From the NCBI RefSeq assembly GCF_000150275.1, contig NW_002060953.1, positions 481,432 through 545,431 on the forward strand: a stretch of 64,000 nt of DNA. The letters run 5' to 3'. The position numbers and the translations under genes were made by a program. A model generated the notes under the pieces. That model did no database searches and had not been told where the DNA came from. It saw nothing but the letters and a program-made list of their open reading frames with translations. Source of the stretch: Trichoplax adhaerens (taxonomy: Eukaryota; Animalia; Placozoa). This document shows, one piece after another, positions 13,319 to 26,500 of the stretch. Within the stretch, counting starts at the first letter, position 1; every line of letters begins with the position of its first letter.

Positions 13319-14534
13319 TCCTTGAGAATATGAGGACGGATCAAATTTCTTACTATTCGATTTTACGAGTCCTCCTTGTTTTATTAAGAGTTTGGTTGAT
13401 CATGAATTTACATTTAAATCTTTGCATACATCATCTTATGTACTAAGGAATAATATAGCTATAATTATTGATAATCTTTTGACATCTGCGTGAGTTTTGT
13501 TATTTAAATCTTCTTGGCACATAATCGCAGAGATGAAATCTAAGTAATTAGTCTATAATTTCAGAGGTAGTTTATGACTTACCATCACGCTGAAATAATT
13601 ATATTGTACTATGAGATTTAATAATTTAATCAAGTTAATTTTATGAATAGATAAAATTAGAAGGATACAATGGATAGTTCTTATAATTTTTAATTCCTTT
13701 AACTACTATTTTTAAGCACTGCAAAGTTTCGCTATGGCTCAGTAGCAAATTCATTTTACTTTTGGTCATTAAAAGTCTTGGTAGTAAGAAATACTGGAGC
13801 TCTGATAACCATTGCTATCTTCTTACATAATTAGTAGATGTCACATGTACTCATATATTTGTGTATCGCTATTATTAGCCAAAGTAGTTTCTGTATTAAG
13901 CAAAGCTTGAATAATTAATTAATTTATATTCAAAATGCAATTGCCAAATCAACTTATTGCTTATGTAGAAAGAGAAAATGCAGCAGAGATCATTCTCTTC
14001 GTTAAAACAAGATAATTAACTAATTTAAATATAAAATCACAGAAAATAGATTCAATTTCATTGGCAGAAGCTTGAATGATAAATAGATCGATTATATGTA
14101 ATTATAATGCAATAAAGTATTAAATTTGTTGCGCTTAAATCAGCTGGATAATAGGCTAACTAGGCAGTACACCATAGTTTTGCATTAAGAATCTCGTCTT
14201 TTGAAAGTTTCGGTAAGCTAAAACTCAGTTAAATCGACTCTCCCATTCTTATGTGTAATTTATTTCGTTTAAATACGAACTTGTTATTATTAATCTTAGT
14301 TTATAAATACTGTATAAAAGAGAAATTTAATCCTTAAAAGTGATTTTATTAGCGAAATTTAAAGTTTAAATATTTTACACGTTACAATTTAATGATCGAA
14401 ACACGTCACCATTTGTCAGTGATAAATTATAAACTCCGACTAGGCATAAAAGAAAGTTGATAAATTTTTAGTTTAAAATAAATTAAATTGATATTGAATT
14501 GAATTTTATAGAAAACAACATATTGATGAAAGAG

Positions 14535-15650
14535 TTAGTTAATAGTAGAATTTGTGATATGGTTAGATTGAACTTTAGAAGAGAAATTGTTAGGTAACGG
14601 ATTGACATGGATAACACCAACATTGGCACCGTATTGGCGATAGTTGCAACATTTGCAGCAACATTTAGGTAGTACACTTCTTAGTGTACTATTAAAAATT
14701 AAATAAATGATCGGATTTTCTATGCAGGAAACTGCAGATAATATAAATCCGATATTTATTAAAGAGGCAATACCAGGAGAAACAGATCTGCGTAATTGAC
14801 CCAAAGACATTTTTTTTAAGGCAGATGCCAATAAGATAGCGGCAAATGGAAAAGATGTTAACATATACAACGTTGTGGCAATTGCAATCATTTTAATAAC
14901 AGAAATTTTGCGTTTTCTGTTAGCTTGAAAGGTATCGTTACCAGAGTGTTCGTGATTAAGGGTTACCGATGTTTTCAAATGAAAGATTATTTTACTGTAG
15001 GTAATAATCATAACGATTAACGGAAGAAGATAATTTACAATTATAATACTGAGAAAGTAAGGGATATTATAACTATCACTGTAGTGTTTGACATCACAAC
15101 TAGATTGATTACCGAATGAGATATACATTAAATGAATTATAGGTCCATCGACCATAGCTGAATAAATCCATACGCATATAACAGTAATGTTAATTTGTTG
15201 CTTTCCTTTTAATATTGGTAGTTTTCGACGCTCATGATTGCTAACAATAATGAAATAGCGATCAACGGCCAAAATAGCTAGGAAAAGTGTAGAAACAGTA
15301 TAGCTCACTGTTGTAATATATTTTGATAATTTACAAACAATTACACGGAGTATAATACTAAAATATTCTTCATAATCTGCTGAATTGATTACTGCGTTAA
15401 TTATTAATGCAATCAATGTTATTATATCTGAGATGCACATATTCAAAATGATACAATAAACTGAAGAATTGTGTAATTTCTTCTTAATGATGGCGTATGA
15501 GATAAACATATTACTGATAAGGCCAAATAGTGAAATGAGGAAAATACCAAGGATTTTGAATATCTCTGAGGAACGTCTATCATGGATAATATCGATATCA
15601 GATTGATTCACTATAGAGACATTGCCGAAGTGATCATCCAAGGAGAGCAT
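14535..15650 (-). CDS. Intronless class A GPCR, 371 aa, orphan
   Basis: Seven TMs, CISD, TM3 CK...DRY, ECL2 SCDV, NPIIY, Cys-rich tail; close paralog of 23197-24306. Confidence 0.95.
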   Translation of the reverse strand: MLSLDDHFGNVSIVNQSDIDIIHDRRSSEIFKILGIFLISLFGLISNMFISYAIIKKKLHNSSVYCIILNMCISDIITLIALIINAVINSADYEEYFSIILRVIVCKLSKYITTVSYTVSTLFLAILAVDRYFIIVSNHERRKLPILKGKQQINITVICVWIYSAMVDGPIIHLMYISFGNQSSCDVKHYSDSYNIPYFLSIIIVNYLLPLIVMIITYSKIIFHLKTSVTLNHEHSGNDTFQANRKRKISVIKMIAIATTLYMLTSFPFAAILLASALKKMSLGQLRRSVSPGIASLINIGFILSAVSCIENPIIYLIFNSTLRSVLPKCCCKCCNYRQYGANVGVIHVNPLPNNFSSKVQSNHITNSTIN

Positions 15651-18600
15651 TGTGGATTCGGTGCTGCTGGATTGATTTTGTATTGTAGCGATGTTATAGC
15701 AAGTTTGCTTAATTCATATATTCAAGGTACAAATTAGAACTATGCTTAATATTTTATAATAATTTCGCAATACTGTTATGTATTAAATCAATAAATTTCT
15801 TCACACCAAGCACCAAGGATATTTTGCTGACAACAAAAATATCGAAAGGTTATGAATAGTTCTACAGAAAGTCGGTAAATTGTATTTTAAATTGCAAAAA
15901 CTAGGATTAAAACTAAACATTGTACAGTTATAGACGAAAATAATTACCTGATGTTATTCTGAAATTGGTTAGGTATTAAGGATGTGAATAACTGAATAAG
16001 GCTTCGTAAATTGAATTGCCAGTTGATAGATAAGACGTTGACTATCAAACAGCTTGCTCAAATATCGATTGAATAATGATTCCAATTCCTTTATAACTTC
16101 AATTTGATTACAGAGTTGACTTGAAATAAGATTGATCTATAACGTTGATATAAAATTATACATTGGCGAGCTAGCCGCTAAAAGAAGATTATGTTTCCAA
16201 CTTAGAGATATTAAACTATTTATATATGCATCTAATAACATAGAAATAGAATTTGATATTTGTTTGCGAATGTTCTTTTCAGTTGTTATGTTGACAAGAT
16301 TGTGCTAACATACTACATCTAGGAAAAGCTAACATTTGCAAAATAGAAGAATCGCGTATTTTGATAATGATTAGTGGATATTATACTATGTATTTAAAAA
16401 TGATGACATATGGGCTAATGACACAATACTAAATAACTATAATGGAAAGATATTTATAGATTAAAGAGATTTAATTAACTTGCATTGTTATATTTGTGGA
16501 AAGGATTTTACTTCTAATAATAAGATTTATTGTTTTAATAAGTTATGAATACAGCATGAGCCTCATTTGTTAGAAATTAACTACGTGATATATTTATATA
16601 TATAATAATTAATAAATCTAATTCTCGGAATTGCGTCATTTCTAATAGAAATATTTACACAAAAATATTCATTGATGGATTAGATTACAATATTTAATCA
16701 AATAATAATTGTTTATTTAGCTATAGTAATGTTATTAATTGAGCTAATTTAATTGAAAATTTCGCCTTGGCTTTACTCTTATATTAAGAATACAAAGTTA
16801 AGAACTCTTATATTAGGAATACAAAGTTAAGTATTCTACCGAGTCGCATCTATATACTGATTCTGTACTTGGATAAGATTGAGATGATGATAAAATGTAT
16901 GGGAAAATACCATTGTTGTACGTGTATGGTAATTGTTGATAGATTTCCTGGACATCATACTAAACAATTGTATTTGAATACCGTATCTTGTTATGTTATA
17001 AATCCAAAAAAGTGGGATATTATTTAGTTATTGGGGAGTAAAAAATGTTATTTAAGTTATTGTGTAAGAAAGTATGAAAGTAGGTACAGTTTGAATGTTG
17101 ATAATGATGCTCTGAAGAAAATTATTCATCATACAACGACATAACGTAAGTAAATACCTTGATGGATCAAAGGAAAACTCACAGTGAATTTGAAATAGTA
17201 AGCCATATTTTAACAAAAATTCTACCAGATACCCTAAAATCATAATTATGTTATACAGTATATTTAATAATGATTTACGACAGCATATTAAAAGTTAATA
17301 ATAAATCGATGATTTAAAGTACCGTAACTGATATATTACTAATTGCAGCAAAATCAGAATGAATCAATATCGCGTAGCAATTTTCTAGTAGTTATCACTT
17401 AATAAGTGAGAACGGTTATACACTAAAATTGGAATTAAAAGAAACTTCTTGGTTAAATGAATTTAATCCAAATCAGGATAAAAAATTAAAGTTTATGATA
17501 TACTAAAGATAGGAAGCCGAAATGATGCATTATAAAGTATGTGGTATTATTTTCCATTGATAATGTTCGCAATTATCAAGAAGCGAATTTCAATATCGCC
17601 ATTTCATACTTTAGAATTGAACGATGCAAAATATTTAAGGTGATTATTATATACGTATTAGGATATTCTCCGAAAATCTATTTTCATCCTGATGCTGCAA
17701 TATCGATTTTATTGCTATTATCAAACTATTCTAAAGGTATTCATGATCATTTGCGTTTTTATATTTTAGATTAATGTCTACGTTCTCTGGTATATAAAGT
17801 TTATTTTTGGGAAATTGAAAGTCATATTATTACTATTTTTTCTTTACTTTATTTAAACTGAACAGCTGTAGGATTTGTACCATATCATCACATATATATA
17901 AATCGATTGTTATTTTGCTTTACTATTTTGGCTTTACAAAATGCTGTACAAATAAATATATTTTCACTTTCACTTTACTGCTCTCAAAAAAGTGTAATTG
18001 CAAGCTCGGCAGTATTGAGTTTCGTTTTGGTGAAAATGTAAAATCACAAATCGGACATCAATATGAAAATTTTGGTTCATTTTGATGCATAATGACATTA
18101 GGCTTGCAGTTGGTACAACTCTATTAATGCAATATAGAGTCCCTTCAAAGTGTATTGCATCTTATAAAGGATAATTACTTTTGCACGCTGCATTTTTTAA
18201 CATTATTCTGCTTCTACATTAAGCTAGAAGGGTAGGCACTATGCTTCTTGACTAGCATTGCATGCAAGAAATTGCATTCGTATATCAAATTATCAATAAA
18301 AATCGAGAGCTGATTACTTCTTACCACTAATAATATGCTTACAATACTAGAAAAGTAAAATAGAGGTTTATCGTCATTATAGTCTATACTGAACCTATTT
18401 CTCTAGTATTTCTTTTAATGGAAGCATTTCTAACTTTTTGTTATTCTGCAACTTTTGGTTGCTTTAACACTGTCGTCAGTATCGATGATAGGATACCAGC
18501 AAAATTCCATGCTATATCTTCAGTTTCAATCGCATTTCACTTTGTTACACTTCCTGTAGATGCTTTACTAAAGGATACCTATCTGTATTAATATTATTAT

Positions 18601-20552
18601 AGTGATTTTAGCTAATTACAGTAGTTTTGTGTAGGCGATGCATAGATAGCATGTAGTATAGAATTGTATGTCATAATAAAGTATGTACTATATGAGGCCG
18701 TAGCTGATAGCCATATGAAGTAATTTTATTAAGCAATGTACTAGTGTGATTGATGACTCCTATATAGAGGAGCAACTGATGATAATTTGTATAAGTTGTA
18801 TAGAATTGTTATCGTGGAGGCTAAGTCGATTATCCGGTTTATCTTAGCCATTTTTGACTGTTATTATGAGGGGAAGAAATTGGAATTTTTCTCTGACGGA
18901 TGTCATACGGACGTTAATAAACTTAGCTGTTATAAGTCAATTATACGATGGTGACTAATTTGTGTTTCATTAGGGATTTGCTCAATTTTAACAAGTCAGA
19001 ATTTTGAGTTAACGGATTACGAACTTAGGGCTAAGAACCCGTACACTACATAACATATTTCTGCAATGGTGATTTAGAAGCTTGAACAATCTTGCAATCT
19101 TTCCTGCAAAGCATCATTTAATGAACACTCTGTTTGTCTTTTATGTCAATAGACGATACTAATGATATTTCTAATTTGTAAGAGCCCAGACTTAGCGCAA
19201 TTTTTAGTTACCTACAAATTCGTCGTTTAAATTCGTTATTTTTACAGATATAGATGTTTAATCAAGATATTGCCTTTTATATTTTTATTGAACATGTTGG
19301 TTTTTGGGGGATAAAGTTATTTGTCACAAGTAGACAACGATGATGAAAATTAATGCGTATAGCACTATCCTCAGGCGCCGACAACTTCTGTGCAATCGCA
19401 AATGCGGTATGGCTTTCTAGTAGTCCATAGTGATAAAAAAATCGATTTACTGATAGTATTCATTTAATATGATAGAATTACGAATATTGCTTTTTTCCTT
19501 CTTAGCCAGTATATTGACTATAGAAATATTGGCTGATGAAGTCATGATTACCATATAATAAATGCATCGGATACTATTTCTAGTAGCGATACGCTAATGA
19601 TCAGCTTGTTCCTGTAGTTCTACCTTCTCGCAAGCTTTTATTTATCTATGAGCTGAAGTATTTGGTAGATACTGTCATCGTATTTAAAATTGATTTGAGT
19701 AGCTATTAGCAGACGCTCGTACAATGAGACATTGTAGGTTCCGATTGGATATGTTTTTCGGAGATCAATATAGTATACATCCATACTCTTGTAAATAAAA
19801 TATAGCACCTCTAATACCGTCGAGTTATGGTTGTTGCTTTGTACTATGATGCGGTACTGGTTGTTATTTGCAATATGCCGCTAGTAAATTGTTAGCTTTG
19901 TTCCACTGTACTTGTATAACGGTATAGTAGGAGCAATAAGCTTTAGTTCAATATTCGAGCTTTACTGAACTCGTCCAAAGGTTTCTAGCCAGTCTTTCTT
20001 CCTACAAAGTACATCGAAGATTGTTATGGCATTTTCTTAGTACTAGACGTGCTTCGAAAGCGGCGCTGTAGGCCATCCCATTACATTAAGAATTAATTCT
20101 TCTTTAATTGTTATATTCAAGTATATTACAGATCTATAAGTATTTGGGAACTCATTAGGCCACTTGATCATAGTATTAAAATAATTCTTGATATAATAGG
20201 ATAACCTTAGCAGCATTCTCTTCCACCACCGACTGCACCATTCGAGTAATAACGTAATTCGATCGATAGACTAAGTACAACAACATTAACTCAACTCATA
20301 TTATCGCAGCTCTCATTAGTATACGCATAGTCAAGGTACTTATGAACTACGCAACGACGCCAGACTTACTATGCCTGTAATCAATCGATTCGAAGATACA
20401 CCAGTCTATCAGTGACACTCATGAATAATAGGTTAATTAAATTATTACTAGCATTTAAATGATAACGATATAGAAAATATGATACAATAGCCCTACCAGG
20501 ATTAGTAAATAAGAGTCAAAGTGGGATTTTATTATTTCTTTTCCGTTACACA

Positions 20553-23500
20553 TCGCTTCTATAGCCAATTCACCTCTGATATTATATATTCATCTCATTG
20601 TTTTCTGCTACTAACAGCTGCATCATTAAATAACTCACGTTATTTTATAATACACAAATAATTTTGGGCTTTAGTAAGTGTACTAGGTAGGATAATTTCC
20701 AGGCATTTATTCGGAATTAGCTCCCTAGATATTAAATTTTAGATGCAGCATCTAGGTAAATTGTAATCTCGTCAATTTGATATTTGTAATGAAATATTTA
20801 AGCTAAACACAATCTTATATGAACAATAACTTTATATCCTAGTTGTCAACAACTATACGCTTATTATGGGTAAGTCAGGTTCACGGGAGTTATATGAGAT
20901 GAAGCATTGTTACAGCAGAAATATTAGAACTGCACCAAATTTCTTAAAATTTTCCTTTCCATAAATTTATAAAATAATAATAAAAATTACGAATGTTCGC
21001 ATGATATAGTATGCTTTAGTGGTGCTTATGTAAGATAATGATAAAGTGAATTATTGAAAATCGTTGGAATTGCATATTTTAATATAATATAATGAAATAA
21101 TAAATGCTGCAATTTTACTTAAAATCCTGCTTTCGTACAAGAAAAAAACCTAGCACAGTCTTGATCTGTGAAATAAATCAATCAACATAATTTTATTTGT
21201 TTATTTAAGATATCGATGCAATCATAAAAAATATTTACTGTAATGCTCAATGTCAGGAAAAAAATAGATATTAACGCAATGATACGCTTGTTATTAACGA
21301 TAGAAGAGATTTCCGATGCGTAGGTTGTAGACGATATTATCGATGATGTTTACATAAAGTCACATCAATGAAAATCATATGTCTGTCTGTTACAATATTT
21401 TACACGTCTATGGTATTATCTCAGTCGGTTTCTAAAAGTAATCGAAGTTCTTAGTTACAATATGGTTCTCAAGATGTAATCCGATAATCCAATTAAGGTT
21501 CCATAAGATTTTAGAAGCAATGTGCACTCTATCATCTTAAATTGTTATTTTATCTCACGTTACTATAACGGTATTTCTAGATTACAGAACATATAATTAT
21601 GCAATATTTGTTTGAAATATAACTCATAACCGCGAAAAGAAAGATAGATTCAAACACTAGTTATTAGTAAGTATACCGGACTATGGCTACTAAGACTGAA
21701 ATTAAATAAATCAAGTCAAATTTTTCATTTGGCTTTATCACAGATTGCCACGCTACATTGTACGAGAATATGATAAAGTAAATCTTTGAATATCTTTGAC
21801 AATGCACCATAAGCAGTAATATAGCAGATACTTAGAATATGAAGAACTAATCCAGAGTGATACAGTTTTGGCCGCAGTAGAGAATTATAATTAATTTTCT
21901 GTTGTAGCATGTAATAATTTAATTAATTTCATTGTAGATATCTTTGAGAATATAAGGACAGATCAAACTTCATGTAATTCGATTTTTTTTGTTTTAGCAG
22001 GATTTTAGTTAATTATGCGTTTATATCTAAGTATTTTTGTATATACATCTGACGATGCTTATGGAATATTCGAGCTACGATTACTGATAGTCTTTTGACA
22101 TTGATGTATGTTTTAATATTGAAACTTTCTTAGTAAATAATCGTACTGAAGATGATCTATGTGATTTGTCTATAGTTTTAGAGGTCGTCCGGTATAGATG
22201 TATTCGTATACCAGCGATGTATTGCACTACAAAATTAGAGTACACCTAAAGTGTTTATATCATGACTTGGCATCACGCTAAGTTTTAAGACTTGATAATC
22301 AAATTAATTTTACGAAGGCTTAGAATTATAAGTACGCAATGAATAGTTCTTATAATTTTAAAGTTCCTTAAGTTACTATTTTTAAGACAGTGTAAAGTTT
22401 CGCTATGGTCAAACTCGAATTTATTTTACATATGGTCCAGTAACAATCTTGCTAGCTATAAGTACTAAAGCTCTGATAATTAATCATTACGATCTTTTTA
22501 TATAATTAGTAGTGCCCGCATATGTTCATATATCTATACATCGTTGCTACTATCCAAAGAAGTTTCTTTATTTATTAAGCAGGGTTTCAGCAAATTAATT
22601 AATAACAAGTTTATAATCAAAATTCAATTGTCGAATCAGTTTATTGTCTATGCAGAAAGAGAGAATGCAGCTGAAATCGTTCTCTGCGTTAAAAGATGAT
22701 TGATCATATTTTAAATATAAAATGGAAGAAAATAGATTCTATCTTATAGATCAAAACTTGAATGATATATAGATCGAGTATATATTATTATATAGTAAAG
22801 TAATGAGTTTTCATGCATTTTATTAGCTGGATGACATATTGCCTGGTAGCACAGTATGACTTACATTAACAATCTCGCCTTTTGAAAATTTCACTAAGCC
22901 GGAACTCAGTTAAAATCGTGTTTCTTATTATTATGTATAATTGATCTTAGTTTAATAAATACTATATTAAAAAAAAGAGATTTTGATTCGTAAAAGTGAT
23001 TTCATTAGCGAAATTTAAAATTTATATATTTATACATCAAAATTTAATAATTGGAATTTGTTACCATTTTTCTTTGATAAATTATAAAGTTCGACTAGGC
23101 ATAAAAGAAAGTTGATAAATTTTTAACTCTCAATTAACATAAATTGGATCGATAATAAACTTAATATTTACAGAAAACAACATATTGATGTAAGAGTTAG
23201 TTTATAGTGGAATTTGTGTTATGAGTAGATTGAACTTTAGTATTGAAATTGCTAAGTAATGGATTGACATGGATAACTTTAGCGTTGGCTCGGTGTTGGT
23301 AACCGTTACAATATTTGCAGCAACATTTGGGTAGTCCACTTCTTAATGTGCTATTAAAAATTAAATAAATGATCGGATTTTCTACGCAGGAAACAGCAGT
23401 TAAAGTAAATCCGATATTTATTAAAGTGGCAATACCAGGAGAAAAAGATTTGCGCAATTGACTCAAAGACATTCTTTTTAAGGCAGATGCCAATAAGATA

Positions 23501-26500
23501 GCGGCAAATGGAAAAGATGTTAACATATACAACGTTGTGGCAATTGCAATCATTTTAATAACAGAAATTTTACGTTTTCTATTAGCTTGAAAGGTATCAT
23601 TACCAGAGTGATCGCGTTTAGGGACTACCGATATTTTTAAATGGAACACTATTTTACTGTAGGTAATAATCATAACAGTTAACGGAAGAAGATAATTTAT
23701 AATTATAACACTGAGAAAGTAAGGGATATTATAACTATCACTGTAGTGTTTGACGTCACAGGTAGATTGATTATCTCGTTGAATATGCATTAAGTGAAGT
23801 ATAGGTCCACCAACGATAGCTGAATAAATCCATACGCATGTAATAGTAATATTAATTTGTCTTTTTCCTTTCAATAGTGGTAGGCCCTTACGATTGTTAA
23901 CAATAATGAAATAGCGATCAACGGCCAAAATAGCTAGGAAAAGTGTAGAAACGGTATAGCTCATTGTTATAATAAACTTTGATAATTTACAAACAATTTC
24001 ACGGAATATAATACTTAAAATTTCTTTAAAATCTTCTGAATCGACTATGGTACTAATTAATAAAGCAATTAATGTTATCATATCTGAGATGCACATGTTG
24101 AAAATGATGCAATAAACTGAAGAATTACATAATTTTTTCTTAATGATGGTATATGAGATAAATATGTTACTGACAATGCCAAATAAAGATATGAGGGAAA
24201 TACCAAAGATTTTGAATATCTCTGAAGAATTGCCGTCCTGAATAACGTCGATATTCGATTGATTTACCATCGAGACATTATCGATATAATTATCCAAAGG
24301 AAACATTCTGTATAATTCTGAAATTGCTTAGATATTAAGAATATGAATAATTGAATTAGGCTAGTAATTGAACAACTAGCTGATAGATATCACGTTGGTT
24401 GTCAAACAGCTTGTTCAAATACCGATTTAATAATGATTCCAATTTTTTTATAACTTCAGTTTGATTGCAGAGCTAAATTGGAATAAGATTGCTGTAGGAC
24501 GCTGATGTAAAATTTTTTTACAGGTAATCTGATGGCTAAAGGATGATTGTATTTCAAAATCCATAGATATCGACTATATATATGTACATTTTAATAGAAT
24601 AAAAATAGAATTTGATATTTATTTACCAGTGTTCTTTTCAGTTATTATTTTGATAACATTGTCCAGACATTTTGCGTCTATGAAAAGCTAATATTTGCAA
24701 AACATGGGGACAACGTGATTGGACACTGATTACTCATGATTATACGTAAAAAAAAGAACATTTGCGTATATGATAAAATACCAAACAACTACAATGGGAT
24801 GATAATTATTTAATCTTGGATTAAAAGATTTGATCAACGAGCATTGTTGTAATAGTGGTAAAGAATTTTACTACTGCTTAAAATATTGATAATAATTATC
24901 CTAAGATTTATTGTTTTAATAATTTATGATAACGATACGTGTTTAATTTGTTAAGAAATTAAATACGTGATATTTTATAGATAGTAATCTACTGCTAATA
25001 AGTGTGATTATCAGAATTACGTCATTCTTAATAGGTATTTTTAATACAGGAAAAATTCATTGGTAGACTGGGTTACAATGGTTAATTCAATAATAACAAT
25101 TCTTTTGGCTAGTAATGCTTTTAATTAATTAAACTAATTTAGTTGAAATAAATTTAAATTTGAAAGCTTTGTTTTGCTTTATTCTTGTATTACGATTACA
25201 AAATTAAGTTTTCTATCAAGTCTTGTTGATATGCTGATTCTCTACTTGAATAAAATTGAAATGGCGATAAGATATGTCCGTAAATAGCACTGCAGTACAT
25301 GTATAGTAGTTCTTGATAGATTTTCCCAACATAACGCTAAACAATTCTATTTGAATACCATACCTTATGTTATAAATCTAAAAAGTGAGATATTATTTGG
25401 TTCCTGTGGGTAGGAAAATGTTATTTGAGTTATTGTGTGCGACAGTATGTAAGTAGCTACAGTTTAAATGTTGATAGTGATGTCTAAAAGCAAAAGTGCT
25501 TATCTTACGACAACAAAATGGAAGCGAATACTTTAATAGATCAAAGGAGAATTCAGAGTCAATTTTAAATAGTAAGCCATATTCTCTAGAAATTTGTACC
25601 AGATACTTATAAATAATGATAATGATATGTACAGTATAGTATAATCAATCACCTTTTGAAATATTGCCACATTTGGTAAATGTATTAGGACCATACAAGG
25701 GAATAAATAATGATCTACGTTACCATAATAACAATAAATAATCAATCGTTGATTTGAAGTGCCGTAATTGATTTATTGCTAATTGCAGCAAAATAAGAAT
25801 CAATCAAGTGTCTTGCAGAGTGATTTTCTAGTAGTTATCACTTCATAATGGGCGAGAGCAGTTATATACCAAAATTGGAACTGAAATTAATCTGTTAGTT
25901 AAATGAATTTAATTCAAGTCTAGATAAAAAAAAGTTTTATCGTATACTAAAAATATGAAATCAGAATGATGCATTATTAAGAATACGTAATTGTTTTCCC
26001 GTGATTATGTTCGATTCATAATTAAATTGAAAACAGTAAACAAATATCGTACAATAGACTGTTGTTATAATGACTAACATATATTGAAGAAATTTGAGAT
26101 GAGCAACCTATTTAATACTCTGGTGATGGATCGAAATAACGTTGAAAAAGTAGTATTTCAATATCGCCATTTCATACTTCACAATTGAGTGATGTAATAT
26201 ATATTTAAGGTGATTGTTATACACGTATTAGGATAGTCTCTGAAAATCCATTCGTATCTTGATGTTGCAATATCGACTGCTGTTGTTATTGTCGAACTAT
26301 TCTAGAGGTGTTCATGATCATTTTACGTTTTTCTTAAATTTCAAATAGTGCGTACATTTCTAGAAGTTTATTTTTGGGAAATTGAAAGCCATATTAACAG
26401 AGTTTTTTTATTTATCTTATTTAAACTGAATAGCTGTAGGATTTATATCATGTGATTACTAGTATGGACATCGATTATTGTTTTACTCTACTATTTTGGT

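Larger units (their letters stand above)
11415..20330. repeat. Tandem segmental duplication B, unit 1 (contains GPCR 14535-15650)
   Basis: Colinear with 20553-28335 across flanks and CDS, e.g. 'ttttctgctactaacagctg' (11463/20601) and 'tcgatcgatag(g)actaa' (20259/28278). Confidence 0.92.

Noticed and set aside
3447-24306. GPCRs as opsins or specific neuropeptide receptors
   Set aside because: No TM7 retinal-binding lysine and no family-specific motif that I can identify; left as orphans.
25855-25885. U6 snRNA-like stretch ATATACCAAAATTGGAAC (paralog at ~17418)
   Set aside because: Only ~18 nt of similarity with no ACAGAGA box or remaining U6 sequence; likely chance in AT-rich DNA.
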